Notes: generated by a model not told the origin, from the letters alone. Positions 1 through 10,785 are shown, counted from the first letter of the stretch. The stretch: DNA of 64,000 nt from an uncultured bacterium (GCA_964607485.1 CAZSKP010000001.1:128001-192000), one strand, 5' to 3'. A program made the numbers and translations.

Positions 1-183
1 TCCGAAAGGCCTTCCGTGAGAAACTCTATGAGTCAGTGAAATCCTTGCAGAAAGACTTCGACAGGTGGCTGAAACACTACAACGAGGAGCGCTCCCGCCA
101 GGGCTATCGCAACATGGGCAAGCGGTCTCTGGACACGATCAAGGAATACATCAACTCTGTACGGAAAGAAGGCTAGTCTTACA
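1..183 (+). mobile_element. 3' end of an IS481-family insertion sequence (transposase C-terminus plus right end)
   Basis: Frame from nt 3 reads RKAFREKLYESVKSLQKDFDRWLKHYNEERSRQGYRNMGKRSLDTIKEYINSVRKEG* (TAG 174-176), resembling IS481 transposase C-termini (W..HYN.ER.HQG). The stop lies inside a putative right IR, tgtacggaaagaaggctagtcttaca (158-183), ending in ACA. Truncated by the window edge. Confidence 0.8.
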
Positions 184-320
184 AGTTAAGAAACTGGCCC
201 GAATAGACTGGAAAGATTGACAATAACGATCTTGCGTGATATATTTTGCAGCAAAGTACATATTTTTGGAGTTCTTATCTTTCCGATAATGTTTGATGGA
301 TTGCTTTCAGGAGATTGCAT

Positions 321-893
321 ATGTCTTCGATAGATAACGAAAAGACTAACGCTCTTGAAGTAATATTGAAGGAATATGAGACCGTACGTCAAGAAGCCAT
401 GGATGCAATTGGTAATAGAAATCAAGTTTTATCGTTTGGACTGGCAACTATTGGAATTATCTTCGCCGCGGCTATTAGTTCCAAGGACATCTTAGGGAAT
501 ATTAGGTTCGTTCAAATCGTTTTTTGTGGAGTGATACCAGTGATCAGCCTCCTTGTCTCTGTGGTCTGGTTTGGCGAGGTCAACCGCATGAACCGTGCCA
601 GTGTGTATATAAAGACTCAGATTGAACCGAGAATAGATTCGATATTTGAAAAGGGGGAATACAAGAGACTTCTGAATTGGGAAAACTGGCAACGAGAAAC
701 CAAAACTCAATTAGCATATCCTTATATCGCTGCCACCTTATTGTTTATTCTGATAGCTGGCTCTTCGCCGGTGGCGGGCCTCATGGCAGCTAATGTCGGA
801 ATTTGTAAGTATCCCCAGTATGTAGTGATTCCATGGTTAATCACTGGCCTCGTAGGTATCGGCATCATGCAACGCGCCCGCAAGTTTGGCTAG
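321..893 (+). CDS. Hypothetical multi-pass membrane protein (about 4 TM helices)
   Basis: ATG 321 with AGGAG RBS at 309-313. N-terminal EYETVRQEA helix followed by four hydrophobic segments. Visibly AT-richer than neighbouring genes. Confidence 0.75.
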   Translation: MSSIDNEKTNALEVILKEYETVRQEAMDAIGNRNQVLSFGLATIGIIFAAAISSKDILGNIRFVQIVFCGVIPVISLLVSVVWFGEVNRMNRASVYIKTQIEPRIDSIFEKGEYKRLLNWENWQRETKTQLAYPYIAATLLFILIAGSSPVAGLMAANVGICKYPQYVVIPWLITGLVGIGIMQRARKFG

Positions 894-1020
894 CATCCAA
901 CATTCCTCCTTGCGATTTGTCTGAAACTGGAGCAATAGTGGAGTACTGTCTCGCAGATCACGGCGAGGCATCTTTACACATCTTTTCGTCGAAGCTGCCG
1001 TGAATTCCATGTTTCAGCCC

Positions 1021-1132
1021 CATCTGCCTCAATCTGTGTTCATCCCTAGCCGGTTTCTGAATCTGTGCGACCCTTGCAATCCGTGGTTTCAAGAATGCCG
1101 TATGATTTGTGTAATTCGTGTGATCCGTGGTC
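1021..1132. repeat. Three clusters of degenerate 9-bp tandem repeats (consensus about RATCYGTGK)
   Basis: For example gatttgtgt-aattcgtgt-gatccgtgg (1104-1130) and aatctgtgc-gacccttgc-aatccgtgg (1060-1086), between convergent genes. Confidence 0.6.
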
Positions 1133-1151
1133 TGAGGGAGGCTCTGTCAGA

Positions 1152-1769
1152 CTAGTGTTTGCGGACGATGTCTTTGACTTTCATCAGGCGGGTGAGGTTG
1201 CCGCGTTCGAGTTCGCTCAGCTTGGTGCTGATGTACCGTATGGTTTCCTCGAGGCTGGGAATCAGAATGTGCTCGAGCGCGTTCACGCGGCGGCGGGTAC
1301 GCTCGAGCTCGCCCGCGAGCATCCACACGTGTTTTTCCAACTGGGCCATGAGCACCATGCGCGGGATCAAAAGCGTGAGGATTTTCAGCGACCTGTCCAG
1401 GTCGCCGTCGGTGTCGAGGTATCCGTAGGCAAACTCGCCCGTCACACGGCTGTCGAAGTAGGGCACGCGCAGGTTCATGATGGGGCCGATCCTGCTTGTC
1501 AGCTCGACCTTCTTTTCCGAGAACGTCAACGCCTCTTCCATCTCCGGCTGAAACGAATCGAGCCGCGCCGAAAAGAACGAGCGGAAAGCGACGGCTAATT
1601 CTTCTTCCACAAGCTCGCGCGACTTTCTGGCTTCCTGCACGAGCGCCATGAACTGGCGCATCAACTCCTCCTGCTTATCCTTGAGCAGCTTGTGACCGCG
1701 CCGGGCCAGTTGCAGCCTGCGCCGCAGCTTGAGCAGCTCCATGCGGTTGGGGTTGACTCGGAGGATCAT
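1152..1769 (-). CDS. ntpD: V/A-type ATPase subunit D
   Basis: NPNRMELLKLRRRLQLARRGHKLLKDKQ and RTRRRVNALEHILIP motifs; last gene of the operon. Confidence 0.97.
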   Translation of the reverse strand: MILRVNPNRMELLKLRRRLQLARRGHKLLKDKQEELMRQFMALVQEARKSRELVEEELAVAFRSFFSARLDSFQPEMEEALTFSEKKVELTSRIGPIMNLRVPYFDSRVTGEFAYGYLDTDGDLDRSLKILTLLIPRMVLMAQLEKHVWMLAGELERTRRRVNALEHILIPSLEETIRYISTKLSELERGNLTRLMKVKDIVRKH

Positions 1770-1777
1770 GCGCGCTT

Positions 1778-3196
1778 CTAACTCTCGGTTTTGCCGCCCT
1801 CGGATTCAGTCGCCTTTGCGGGGACTTCTTCGGGATAGTACTTGTCGATGTATTCCTGGCGGATTCGTTTCAGTTCGGTCTTCGGCAGGAGCGCGAGCAG
1901 CCGCCAGCCGAGCTCGATGGTTTCCTCGATCGTCCGGTTCTCGTCCTGACCCTGCCTGACAAACTTGTCCTCGAACACGTCGGCGAATTTGAAGAACGAC
2001 TTGTCTTCCTCGCTGAGCGCCGCCTCGCCCAGTATCACGGCCAGTTCCTGAACCTCGATGCCGCGGGCATAGGCGGCGAAGAGCTGATTAGACACGTCGG
2101 CGTGGTCCTCGCGCGTCTTCCCCTTGCCGATTCCCTTGTCCCGCAGCCGCGACAGCGAGGGCAGCACGTTGATAGGTGGGTAGATGCCCTTTCGGTGGAG
2201 CGAGCGGTCGAGGATTATCTGGCCCTCAGTGATGTATCCCGTGAGGTCGGGTATGGGATGCGTCTTATCGTCCTCTGGCATCGAGATGACGGGAATCTGC
2301 GTTATCGAGCCGGTGCTCGTCTTCAGTCGGCCTGCGCGTTCGTACACGGTCGAAAGGTCGGTGTAAAGGTAGCCGGGATACCCTCGCCGGCCGGGCACCT
2401 CCTTGCGCGCGGCCGAGATCTCACGCAGGGCTTCGCAGTAGTTGGTCATGTCGGTGAGGATAACGAGCACGTGCATGTTGAGGTCGAAGGCGAGATACTC
2501 GGCGGCGGTGAGCGCCATGCGCGGAGTGGCTATCCGCTCGATGGCCGGGTCGTCGGCGAGGTTGACAAACAGCACCGCGCGGTCTATTGCGCCCGTTCGT
2601 TTGAAGTCGGAGATGAAATAGTCGGCCTCCTCGAACGTGATTCCCATCGCGCCGAACACGACGGCGAACTGTTCGCCGGTGCCCCTGACTGTTGCCTGGC
2701 GCGCTATCTGCGCGGCAAGCTCCGGATGCGGCAGTCCGAATCCGGAAAAAATCGGCAGCTTCTGGCCGCGCACGAGCGTGTTGAGGCCGTCGATGGCCGA
2801 GATGCCTGTCTGTATGAATTCCGAAGGATACGCCCGCGCGTACGGGTTGATGGGGTTGCCGTTGATGTTCAGCCGCTTTTCGGGAATGACGGCGGGGCCG
2901 TCGTCTATCGGCCTGCCCATGCCGTCGAACACGCGGCCGAGCACGTCGGGCGAGACGCCCAGCTCGAGCCCGCGTCCGAGGAAGCGGACCTTGCAGTTGA
3001 CGACGTTCACGCCCGTCGCTCCCTCGAACAATTGGACGAGCGCCGTGTCGCCCGAGACCTCGAGCGTCTTGCCCCGGCGGATTTCGCCCCCGGGCAGCTC
3101 GAGCTCGACGAGCTCATCGTATTTCACGCCGGAGGTCTCGCCGACGAGAACCAGCGGACCGACGATTTCGCGGATTGTGCGGTATTCTTTGACCAT
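1778..3196 (-). CDS. ntpB: V/A-type ATPase subunit B
   Basis: [25 protein letters not shown] and [19 protein letters not shown] motifs. Confidence 0.98.
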   Translation of the reverse strand: MVKEYRTIREIVGPLVLVGETSGVKYDELVELELPGGEIRRGKTLEVSGDTALVQLFEGATGVNVVNCKVRFLGRGLELGVSPDVLGRVFDGMGRPIDDGPAVIPEKRLNINGNPINPYARAYPSEFIQTGISAIDGLNTLVRGQKLPIFSGFGLPHPELAAQIARQATVRGTGEQFAVVFGAMGITFEEADYFISDFKRTGAIDRAVLFVNLADDPAIERIATPRMALTAAEYLAFDLNMHVLVILTDMTNYCEALREISAARKEVPGRRGYPGYLYTDLSTVYERAGRLKTSTGSITQIPVISMPEDDKTHPIPDLTGYITEGQIILDRSLHRKGIYPPINVLPSLSRLRDKGIGKGKTREDHADVSNQLFAAYARGIEVQELAVILGEAALSEEDKSFFKFADVFEDKFVRQGQDENRTIEETIELGWRLLALLPKTELKRIRQEYIDKYYPEEVPAKATESEGGKTES

Positions 3197-3198
3197 GC

Positions 3199-4977
3199 TC
3201 AGCCCTCTTCCTCGGCCTTCGTGGAAAGCGTTTTCACCTGCTCCTCGGCGCGCGCCCTGAGCTCGTCCAGTTTCCCAAGCTCCTGTTCACTCGTGTAACG
3301 CATGCGGCCGATCTCTTCTCTTGCGGGCAGCTTCCCGACTTCATCTATCGATACGCCCTGCTCCAGCGCCTCGGCCGCCGCGCGATGGAAGTGCATGATG
3401 ATTTTCAGCATTCTGTACTGCTTCGAAAACGAGGCGTAGCTGTCGATTTCGTGGAACGCGTTCTGGTGCAGAAAATCTTCGCGGATGGAGCGTGCAGTCT
3501 CGAGCACGAGCCGGTCGCTGGGCGACAGGGCATCGAGTCCGACGAGGCGTGCGATTTCCTTGAGCTCCGATTCCTTCTGCAGGAGCGCCATCGACTCCAA
3601 TCTCAGCGCGGTCCAGTCGGCCGCCACATCTTTTTCGAAGAACTCGCGCAGGTTGTCGTGATAGAGCGAATAGCTCGTGAGCCAGTTGATGGCCGGGAAG
3701 TGGCGCTCGTAGGCGAGTTTGTCCTCGAGGCTCCAGAACACCTTGACGACCTTGAGCGTGGCTTGGACGACGGGGTCGGAAAGGTCGCCGCCGGGAGGCG
3801 AGACGGCCCCGATGGCGCTGACAGCGCCGACGCGTTTGTCGGAGCCGAGGCACACGACTCTGCCGGCCCGCTCGTAATACTCGGCGATGCGGGTGGGCAG
3901 ATATGCGGGGTAGCCCTCTTCGCCGGGCATTTCTTCGAGCCGGCCCGACATCTCGCGCAGCGCCTCGGCCCAGCGCGAAGTCGAGTCGGCCATGATGGCG
4001 ACGCTGTAGCCCATGTCGCGGAAGTATTCGGCCATCGTGATGCCCGTGTACATCGAGGCCTCGCGAGCTGCGACGGGCATGTTCGAGGTGTTGGCCACAA
4101 GGATGGTGCGTTTCATCAGGGGCTCGCCGGAGCGGGGGTCCTTGAGTTCCGGGAATTCGAGTAGCACGTCGGTCATCTCGTTTCCGCGCTCTCCGCATCC
4201 GACGAAGACGATAATCTCGGCGTCGGCCCACTTGGCAAGCTGATGCTGAACGACGGTCTTCCCGGCTCCGAACGGTCCCGGCACGCAGGCCGTGCCGCCC
4301 TTGCCTATGGGGAACAGGGCGTCGATCACGCGCTGGCCCGTTATGAGCGGCACTATCGGCATGAGCTTTTCCTTGTAGGGCCGGAGCTTGCGCACGGGCC
4401 ATCTCTGCATCAGGGTGAGCTCGTGCGTTTTTTCTCCGTCGCGCAGTTCGGCCACGACGTCGGTGACGGTGAACTGCCCCGATTCGATGCGCGCGACCTC
4501 GCCCTTGATGCCGGGCGGAACCATTATGCGGTGCTCGACGAGAGTCGTCTCCTGGACGGTGCCGATGATGTCGCCTTCGATCACGTTGTCGCCGACCTTG
4601 ACGGTCGGACGGAAATCCCATTTCTTTTCACGGTCCAGGCCGGGGGCATAGATGCCGCGCGTGATCTGGTTGCCGGCGAGGTCCATAATCCTGTCGAGCG
4701 GACGCTGGACGCCGTCATAGATCGCCTCTATCATTCCCGGGCCGAGTTCGACGCTGAGCGGCTGGCCCGTCGTCTCGACCGGCTCGCCCGGGCCGAGCCC
4801 CTGCGTGTCCTCGTACACCTGGATGGACGCCTTGTCGCCGCGGAGCTCGATTATCTCGCCGACGAGATTCTTTTCGCTGACGCGGACGACGTCGTACATC
4901 TTCGCGTTGTACATGCCCTCGGCGACGACGAGCGGGCCCGAAACCTTTATTATCGTCCCCCTTGGTTCCTCGTTCAT
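3199..4977 (-). CDS. ntpA: V/A-type ATPase catalytic subunit A
   Basis: P-loop [43 protein letters not shown]; no intein. Confidence 0.98.
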   Translation of the reverse strand: MNEEPRGTIIKVSGPLVVAEGMYNAKMYDVVRVSEKNLVGEIIELRGDKASIQVYEDTQGLGPGEPVETTGQPLSVELGPGMIEAIYDGVQRPLDRIMDLAGNQITRGIYAPGLDREKKWDFRPTVKVGDNVIEGDIIGTVQETTLVEHRIMVPPGIKGEVARIESGQFTVTDVVAELRDGEKTHELTLMQRWPVRKLRPYKEKLMPIVPLITGQRVIDALFPIGKGGTACVPGPFGAGKTVVQHQLAKWADAEIIVFVGCGERGNEMTDVLLEFPELKDPRSGEPLMKRTILVANTSNMPVAAREASMYTGITMAEYFRDMGYSVAIMADSTSRWAEALREMSGRLEEMPGEEGYPAYLPTRIAEYYERAGRVVCLGSDKRVGAVSAIGAVSPPGGDLSDPVVQATLKVVKVFWSLEDKLAYERHFPAINWLTSYSLYHDNLREFFEKDVAADWTALRLESMALLQKESELKEIARLVGLDALSPSDRLVLETARSIREDFLHQNAFHEIDSYASFSKQYRMLKIIMHFHRAAAEALEQGVSIDEVGKLPAREEIGRMRYTSEQELGKLDELRARAEEQVKTLSTKAEEEG

Positions 4978-5032
4978 TCGGCTGTCTCCAATTTCCGGAC
5001 GGTTCTCGTTATCCTTAAACGGTTATGGATAA

Positions 5033-5341
5033 TCAGATAAATTCTGCGCCCATCGCCTTTCGGACGGAGTGGCGTATCATCCCGGTGGCAATTCCGCGGC
5101 TTCCCTTTACCGACGGTATGATTGCGAATGTAGGTGTCGATTCCTCGGCAAACCCGTCGATTCTCTCCCTCGCCCCTTCATACACGTCTTCGGTCACGAA
5201 AATTATTTTGAATTGCATCTGCGAAACTTCGGCCACGAGCCGGGGGAGGGACGCGTGTTCGTCCGCAAAGAACAAGTCGGCTCCGAACGCTTTGAACGGC
5301 CAGATGGTGTCCCGCTCGCCTATGAAAGCGATGTCAGACAT
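5033..5341 (-). CDS. ntpG: V/A-type ATPase subunit F
   Basis: 102 aa; IAFIGERDT...FKAFG and IRHSVRKAMGAEFI are typical of subunit F; lies between C and A. Confidence 0.92.
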   Translation of the reverse strand: MSDIAFIGERDTIWPFKAFGADLFFADEHASLPRLVAEVSQMQFKIIFVTEDVYEGARERIDGFAEESTPTFAIIPSVKGSRGIATGMIRHSVRKAMGAEFI

Positions 5342-6335
5342 ACAGATACCTCAAACGTTCTTCTATTCCCGCACGCGCCATGCCGATGAGCTTGCACCTG
5401 ATGATTGTGCGAATGAGTTTGGCCTCGGCTTCCTTGCGCAGGAGATAATAAATCAGAGGAGCGATGCTGAAGAGCATCATTCGCATGTTTGAAAACTGGT
5501 GGAGGATGAAGTTGTCGGCGGCGATCTCCATCCGCCAGAACGACTTCTCCTCGGGCCACATCCTGAGCCCCTGGGAGACTATGTGATGTTCGTATTGAGT
5601 CTTTGCCAGATGGTCGAGAAAATGGCCCAACTGGGTGTCGAGATGCCGGAAGAAGAAATCCAGCGTGTAGCTGCCTCCGGGGATGAAGTATCGTTCGAAC
5701 ACTTCCCGCTCTTCCGCCAACTCGTTCACCCGGAAGAAAGTCTTTATGTTCGCCAGGTTGATGTACTCCCGAAAAAGTTTTATGACAATCCTGTTTCGAA
5801 GCTTCAGAGCGTTCTGCAGGAGGTAGGTCCACATCGAGCGGTCGCAGGTGTAGCTGATGGCGTACAGCGCGCCCGTCCTGTCGTGTTCCTCCAGGGCGTT
5901 GAGGGCGGTATCCCGTATGTGTTCGGGGACGAAGCGGTAGGCGCTCTCTCCGACCGCGGCGCTCAGTTTGTCGATGCCGTAGGTTCCGAGGTCCATTATG
6001 GAATCCTCGTACGGAAGGCCGGTCAGCTTGGATTTCAGCATGGCCTTCAGATTATGAAAATCGTAGCGTACGCGGAAGAGGCCGATCAGGGTCTTGTCGG
6101 GGCAGATCTTGCCGAGGAGGTCGTGCGTTTTCTGAAGTTCCCGAATCAAGCCCTTCTCCAGTTGGGCGGGGCCCTCCACACCGGCAAAGCTCTCGGCATA
6201 CGCGGTTTCGCCCAGGATGCGGAGTATTTCATCCGGCTCCGCCGCGAGCATCCTGGCGGCGAACGCCCGGTCGAGCAGCTTGGTGCTGAGCGCGTTTATT
6301 CGGGCGACCGCGTATGTGTAACGATAATCATCCAT
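5334..6335 (-). CDS. ntpC: V/A-type ATPase subunit C (d)
   Basis: YAVARINAL, YDFHNLK, NLANIK and IEERLR motifs; operon position. Confidence 0.93.
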   Translation of the reverse strand: MDDYRYTYAVARINALSTKLLDRAFAARMLAAEPDEILRILGETAYAESFAGVEGPAQLEKGLIRELQKTHDLLGKICPDKTLIGLFRVRYDFHNLKAMLKSKLTGLPYEDSIMDLGTYGIDKLSAAVGESAYRFVPEHIRDTALNALEEHDRTGALYAISYTCDRSMWTYLLQNALKLRNRIVIKLFREYINLANIKTFFRVNELAEEREVFERYFIPGGSYTLDFFFRHLDTQLGHFLDHLAKTQYEHHIVSQGLRMWPEEKSFWRMEIAADNFILHQFSNMRMMLFSIAPLIYYLLRKEAEAKLIRTIIRCKLIGMARAGIEERLRYLYV

Positions 6336-6936
6336 CCCGTTCGCCTTTGCCGAACAAGATATTGGCTATCAGCGTCTCCAACCTGTCGCGCTGGGAGGCC
6401 ACGAGGCTTTCCAGCGTGAGGTTGGTTTCCTTGTTGCCTTCCCGCAGGATGAATCCTCCCGAGAACTCTCCGCTCTCATCGCTCAAGCGCAGGCGTCCCT
6501 TCTGCGAGCCGAGCTCGTCGTTGAGGCTCTTGACGAATTCCGGTGTGAACAGGTTTCTGTGCTCCGAGGGAGGAATGATTTCCTCCGAGCCCGATTCCAC
6601 CGCGCTCAGGATGAGGGGTTTCAAGAACGCCCGATGTTCCTCGGGAGGAAGATTTCTGATTTTGTCTTCGGCCTTTGCGAATGCGTCCTCGATGAGTCTC
6701 TTCTTTTCCCTCAGCGCATCTTTTCGCTCGTCGAGTCCGGCCAGTACCCTTACTCGGTCCGCGTGTTCCTTCGCGCGCGCCTTTGCTTTCTGCATCATTT
6801 CGGAGCGGAGCTCATCCGCCTGCTTGCGGGCCTTTTCGCGGATGGCTTCGGCCTCGGAGCGAGCCAGCGACAGGAGCGAGTCGGCCTCCGATTGCGCATC
6901 CTCGCCGATTTTCTTGATGATGTCTTCTAACGCCAT
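6328..6936 (-). CDS. ntpE: V/A-type ATPase subunit E
   Basis: N-terminal coiled coil (MALEDIIKKI...) and C-terminal SGGFIL...NLTLESL...ILFG. Confidence 0.93.
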   Translation of the reverse strand: MALEDIIKKIGEDAQSEADSLLSLARSEAEAIREKARKQADELRSEMMQKAKARAKEHADRVRVLAGLDERKDALREKKRLIEDAFAKAEDKIRNLPPEEHRAFLKPLILSAVESGSEEIIPPSEHRNLFTPEFVKSLNDELGSQKGRLRLSDESGEFSGGFILREGNKETNLTLESLVASQRDRLETLIANILFGKGERDG

Positions 6937-7014
6937 ATGCTAACGCGACCTCTTTTCCACGCTACGCCGTCGATGGAGGCTTCGGCGCGTCTTAGACTGC
7001 GCACGCAACAGGGA

Positions 7015-7512
<498 letters not shown>

Positions 7513-9528
7513 CTACCGATTGGAATCTGACAACGCCTGCCCCATATCCGACCGAACGACCGTGTACTCTCTCACATCGGCGTACGGCATAAAAGGCTCG
7601 CCGCCGCCCGTGAAGAACTTGGAGAAGAACTCAAGGTATTGCAGCCTGAGCGTGTGAACAAACGCCCCCAAGCAGTTTATCGCCAGGTTGAACGCGTGCC
7701 CGAAAACGAGGACCAGTCCCGCGAGCACATACCCTATGCCGTAGGGGATGCCCGTGACCAGACCGGCAATGTCGTTGATGGTTATCGCGAGAAACGTCGT
7801 GGACAGTCCGAGCGCCATCAGCCGCGCGTAGGAAAGCACATCGCCGAAGAAACCCAACGCGTCGCGAGCCGTCTGCAACAGGCCCATCAAGGGAACCAGC
7901 AGCACGTTTCCGACGCGGCGGCCTCGCGCGAGAACGAGCGGAACGACGATAATCAACGCGGATGTTCCTCCGATTGAGAGGAGCGTTTCGTCCACCGCGC
8001 CGCCGAAGAGGTACTTGTAGAGAACGGGGGCGACGCAAATCAGCACGAGTATCCAGAGCCCCTGTTCACCCAGTCCGCTCACTATGTCGCCTTCGCGGAA
8101 ATCCCTCACCATTCTGATGCCGAGCCCGAACAGCACCTGCACCAGGCCGAGCAGGAAAGAGATATAAAGGAAGAGCAGCACTTCTTTGGTTGGGTCGAAC
8201 AGCACGACTTTACTGAATATCGCTGGCAGGCTCTTCAGGTCGATTGCGAATATTCCGCCCGTGAGCACGCCGACAACGATGCTCGAGAATCCTCCCAGAA
8301 TCAAAATCTGCAGCAGCTTTCGGGCTCCCCCGTGAATCTCAAATTTCTTCAACGCCAGATAGCCGCCGATGGCCAGGACCAGCCCGTAGCCGGCCTCTCC
8401 GAGGCAGACGCCGAAGAAGAGGACGAAGAACGGGGCAAAGAGAGGCGTGGGGTCGAACTCGGTGTATTGAGGGCGGCCATAGAGCTCGGTGATGAGCGCG
8501 AACGGTTTTACGGCGGGACGGTTTTCGAGCAGGATGGGAACGCGGTCGTCGGGCGCAGGGTCGGAGCACCTCATTTCGACGACCTCGGTCACTCTGCTGA
8601 GCCGCCGCCTGAGCGTCTCCTCCTGGCTGGCCACGATCCATCCTCTGATGAGGAAGGTGCGCGAGGTGAACAGGAAGTTGTGCTGGACCTGCAGCGCCCG
8701 GAGTTCCTGGGAATAGTGGTCGTTGAGCAGGAGGAACTTGTCCACGGAGGACACCGACTCGTCCGCGACGCGTTCTCGGATCTGTCGATTGCGCTCCTTC
8801 AATTCGTCGGTCTGCTCTTTCAACTGCTTGAGCGCCTCGGCCGGGGTGCCTGTCAGTCCCATGAAGCTCACCGAGCGCCACCCGTGTTTTCTGAGGATGG
8901 ACGCTATGGAGTCCTCGATTTCCTTGGAATAGATGAGGACCATCGACACCGAGGTGCGCGAGCGCTCGACAATTTCGATGTGAAGCAGGGGAGAGGCCTC
9001 GGATAGTTCGTCGGTCATCGGATTGAAAGCGCGGGCGTTGCAGATTCCGAGCGAGGCGCGAGTGGTTCGCGTGTCGTGAATAAGCTCGAGCGGGCACTCC
9101 AGGCGGAGCCAGTGGGAGACGTCCGCCATGAGGTTTTCCTTCTTGTCCATCTGGCTTTCATTCTCATCGAGCTCACTTTCAACTGAAGTGCAGTCTCCGT
9201 AGAACTCCTCCATCTCGAAGTTGGCAATGCAGTCCTCAACCTCCTGGGGCGTGAAGACGGGTTTGCCCTTGAGAAGGGTTTGAGCGAGAGAACGTTTGGG
9301 AGCGAACCGTTCCAGAAACTGCAGGCAGTGCTGAATCTGCGCGAGCTTCTGCTTGACTTCGGAGAGGGAGTTCTCGAGAAAAGAGGGGAGTTCGGTCTGT
9401 GACTCGGGGAACAGTTCCCTTACGTCGGAGATATGTACGGCGCCGAGCCCACGCAGCGTCGCCAGTATCTCCTCGCGACACTCGGCGTGCGCTATGAGCT
9501 CCAGTCTTCTGACCTTGCTTACGGCCAT
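7513..9528 (-). CDS. ntpI: V/A-type ATPase subunit I (a)
   Basis: DPTPLFAPFF, DVLSYARLMALGL and HTLRLQYLEFFSKFF motifs. Confidence 0.97.
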   Translation of the reverse strand: MAVSKVRRLELIAHAECREEILATLRGLGAVHISDVRELFPESQTELPSFLENSLSEVKQKLAQIQHCLQFLERFAPKRSLAQTLLKGKPVFTPQEVEDCIANFEMEEFYGDCTSVESELDENESQMDKKENLMADVSHWLRLECPLELIHDTRTTRASLGICNARAFNPMTDELSEASPLLHIEIVERSRTSVSMVLIYSKEIEDSIASILRKHGWRSVSFMGLTGTPAEALKQLKEQTDELKERNRQIRERVADESVSSVDKFLLLNDHYSQELRALQVQHNFLFTSRTFLIRGWIVASQEETLRRRLSRVTEVVEMRCSDPAPDDRVPILLENRPAVKPFALITELYGRPQYTEFDPTPLFAPFFVLFFGVCLGEAGYGLVLAIGGYLALKKFEIHGGARKLLQILILGGFSSIVVGVLTGGIFAIDLKSLPAIFSKVVLFDPTKEVLLFLYISFLLGLVQVLFGLGIRMVRDFREGDIVSGLGEQGLWILVLICVAPVLYKYLFGGAVDETLLSIGGTSALIIVVPLVLARGRRVGNVLLVPLMGLLQTARDALGFFGDVLSYARLMALGLSTTFLAITINDIAGLVTGIPYGIGYVLAGLVLVFGHAFNLAINCLGAFVHTLRLQYLEFFSKFFTGGGEPFMPYADVREYTVVRSDMGQALSDSNR

Positions 9529-9839
9529 TCGGGATTGCCAGCGATGGAATCGATTATCAGCTTGACCGCACGCTCCATGTTATTTTGCGCGGATGCCCGC
9601 AGAGATTCGAGCGCCTTCTGATTCTCTTTTCTTGATTCCAGCGCTTGCCTCTGAGCTTCGGACTCCGCATCGGCTATCATCTGCAATTCGGTCCGACGGC
9701 ACTCTTCCTTTGAGCTTTCCAGGAGGTTTCGTCCCTCCTCGCGGGCCAGGCGGATAAGCTCATCTGCATCCTGCTTCGCCTTTGCAATCAGCCTCTCGCC
9801 GTCGCCTTCGACTTGCCTAATTTCGTCCAGAAGTTCCAT
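9519..9839 (-). CDS. V/A-type ATPase peripheral stalk subunit G/H
   Basis: ATG 9839 (MELLDEIRQVE...); Ala/Glu/Lys-rich coiled coil; first gene of the operon, overlapping ntpI. Confidence 0.85.
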   Translation of the reverse strand: MELLDEIRQVEGDGERLIAKAKQDADELIRLAREEGRNLLESSKEECRRTELQMIADAESEAQRQALESRKENQKALESLRASAQNNMERAVKLIIDSIAGNPEWP

Positions 9840-9901
9840 GTTTTTCGAGGTCTTTCGATGAGGGGGAGACGATGCGAATCGAGCCATTAACCTACCAAAG
9901 A

Positions 9902-9930
9902 ATGGTAACATAGGTGGTGAGGGATGTCAA
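9902..9930 (-). promoter_or_regulatory. Sigma70 promoter of the V-ATPase operon
   Basis: Minus strand TTGACA (9930-9925), 17 bp, TACCAT (9907-9902), with extended -10 TG. Confidence 0.7.
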
Positions 9931-10273
9931 GGAAAAACACAACTTGTTGGGCTTTGGCGAGGCTGGCACCCGCTATATAGGCCTATCAAGGGGAAAGCTC
10001 TGCGAGACACAGGGGAAAGCGACGGGTCAGGAGCGTGCCTTTTTCCACTCTTCTATTCTTGTGCGGAACTCCGAGTAGCACGCCGGGCAATACGTGTGGG
10101 AGACGAGCTTGGCGGAAAGGTCGGCCCTGCTGGGTTCTTTCCAGCCTTTTGGACCTCGGATCCTATTGCAACTGCAACATTGTACCGTCATTTCTCTCTA
10201 CCCTCCACTTTAGATTATCGGCGTGAACAGGGAGAAACTTTAGCCCGATTGGCGTTGCCCGCTTGTGCAATGG

Positions 10274-10340
10274 AGATTGCTTCGTCGCCCTGCTTCTCGC
10301 AATGTCGAAAGAGAGAAACACAATGACGAAAGAGAGAGAC
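10274..10340. repeat. Half copy of the GATTGCTTCG...CTCGCAATGAC palindromic element followed by a ~21-bp tandem duplication
   Basis: gattgcttcgtcgccc is identical to 56361-56376. caatgtcgaaagagagaaaca (10300-10320) is followed by caatgacgaaagagagagac (10321-10340). Confidence 0.65.
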
Positions 10341-10414
10341 GATGTCGCGTGAGAGCGTGTTCGGGAAACAGCCCAGGAGAGCGGAGAAACCGATTTCTTT
10401 GTCTCACCCACGCA

Positions 10415-10633
10415 TCAGAGCGCGATGGGTTCGCATACGTTGGCGGCCTTGGAGGCGGCGCGTCCGCAGATGTGGCAGACGAACTGCGCGTTCTTGGCCA
10501 GCCTGCCCACTTTGTCCATTTGACGCTTGCTCGTCAGCTCGCAAAGATGGCTCGCGTGACCACCGTGCGTCTTGGCAAGCTTGTGTTCCGGCACCGTCAT
10601 CTTCTTGGCTTTTTTCGCTTTTGCCTTTGCCAT
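10415..10633 (-). CDS. Small basic Cys/His-rich (probable metal-binding) protein
   Basis: ATG 10633 with GGGAG RBS; 72 aa; HGGHASHLC...CHICGRAA...VCEP. Confidence 0.75.
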   Translation of the reverse strand: MAKAKAKKAKKMTVPEHKLAKTHGGHASHLCELTSKRQMDKVGRLAKNAQFVCHICGRAASKAANVCEPIAL

Positions 10634-10785
10634 ATCGAATCTCCCTTCACAAATGACCACATAAGAAAAGTCTTAAGAATAGTATTTACGCTTTGCTGAT
10701 GAATGGCAAGGAGGCGGACGCCGAGTTGTCCTATTCCTCAAATCTTTCGGAAGGCGTCCGAGCGGGGGTAAGAGGAAACCGCTAT

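Noticed and set aside
1021-1132. CRISPR array interpretation of the short repeats (also 10300-10355)
   Set aside because: Units are too short and degenerate, there are no regular unique spacers, and no cas genes are in the window.
2102-3298. Long antisense or alternative-frame ORFs (e.g. 2102-3298 +, 15078-16610 -, 34272-35687 -, 50045-51847 -)
   Set aside because: Shadow ORFs over well-supported genes, expected in GC-rich DNA; no recognisable motifs.
3199-4977. Intein in V-ATPase subunit A
   Set aside because: The P-loop region is uninterrupted and the length (592 aa) is normal.
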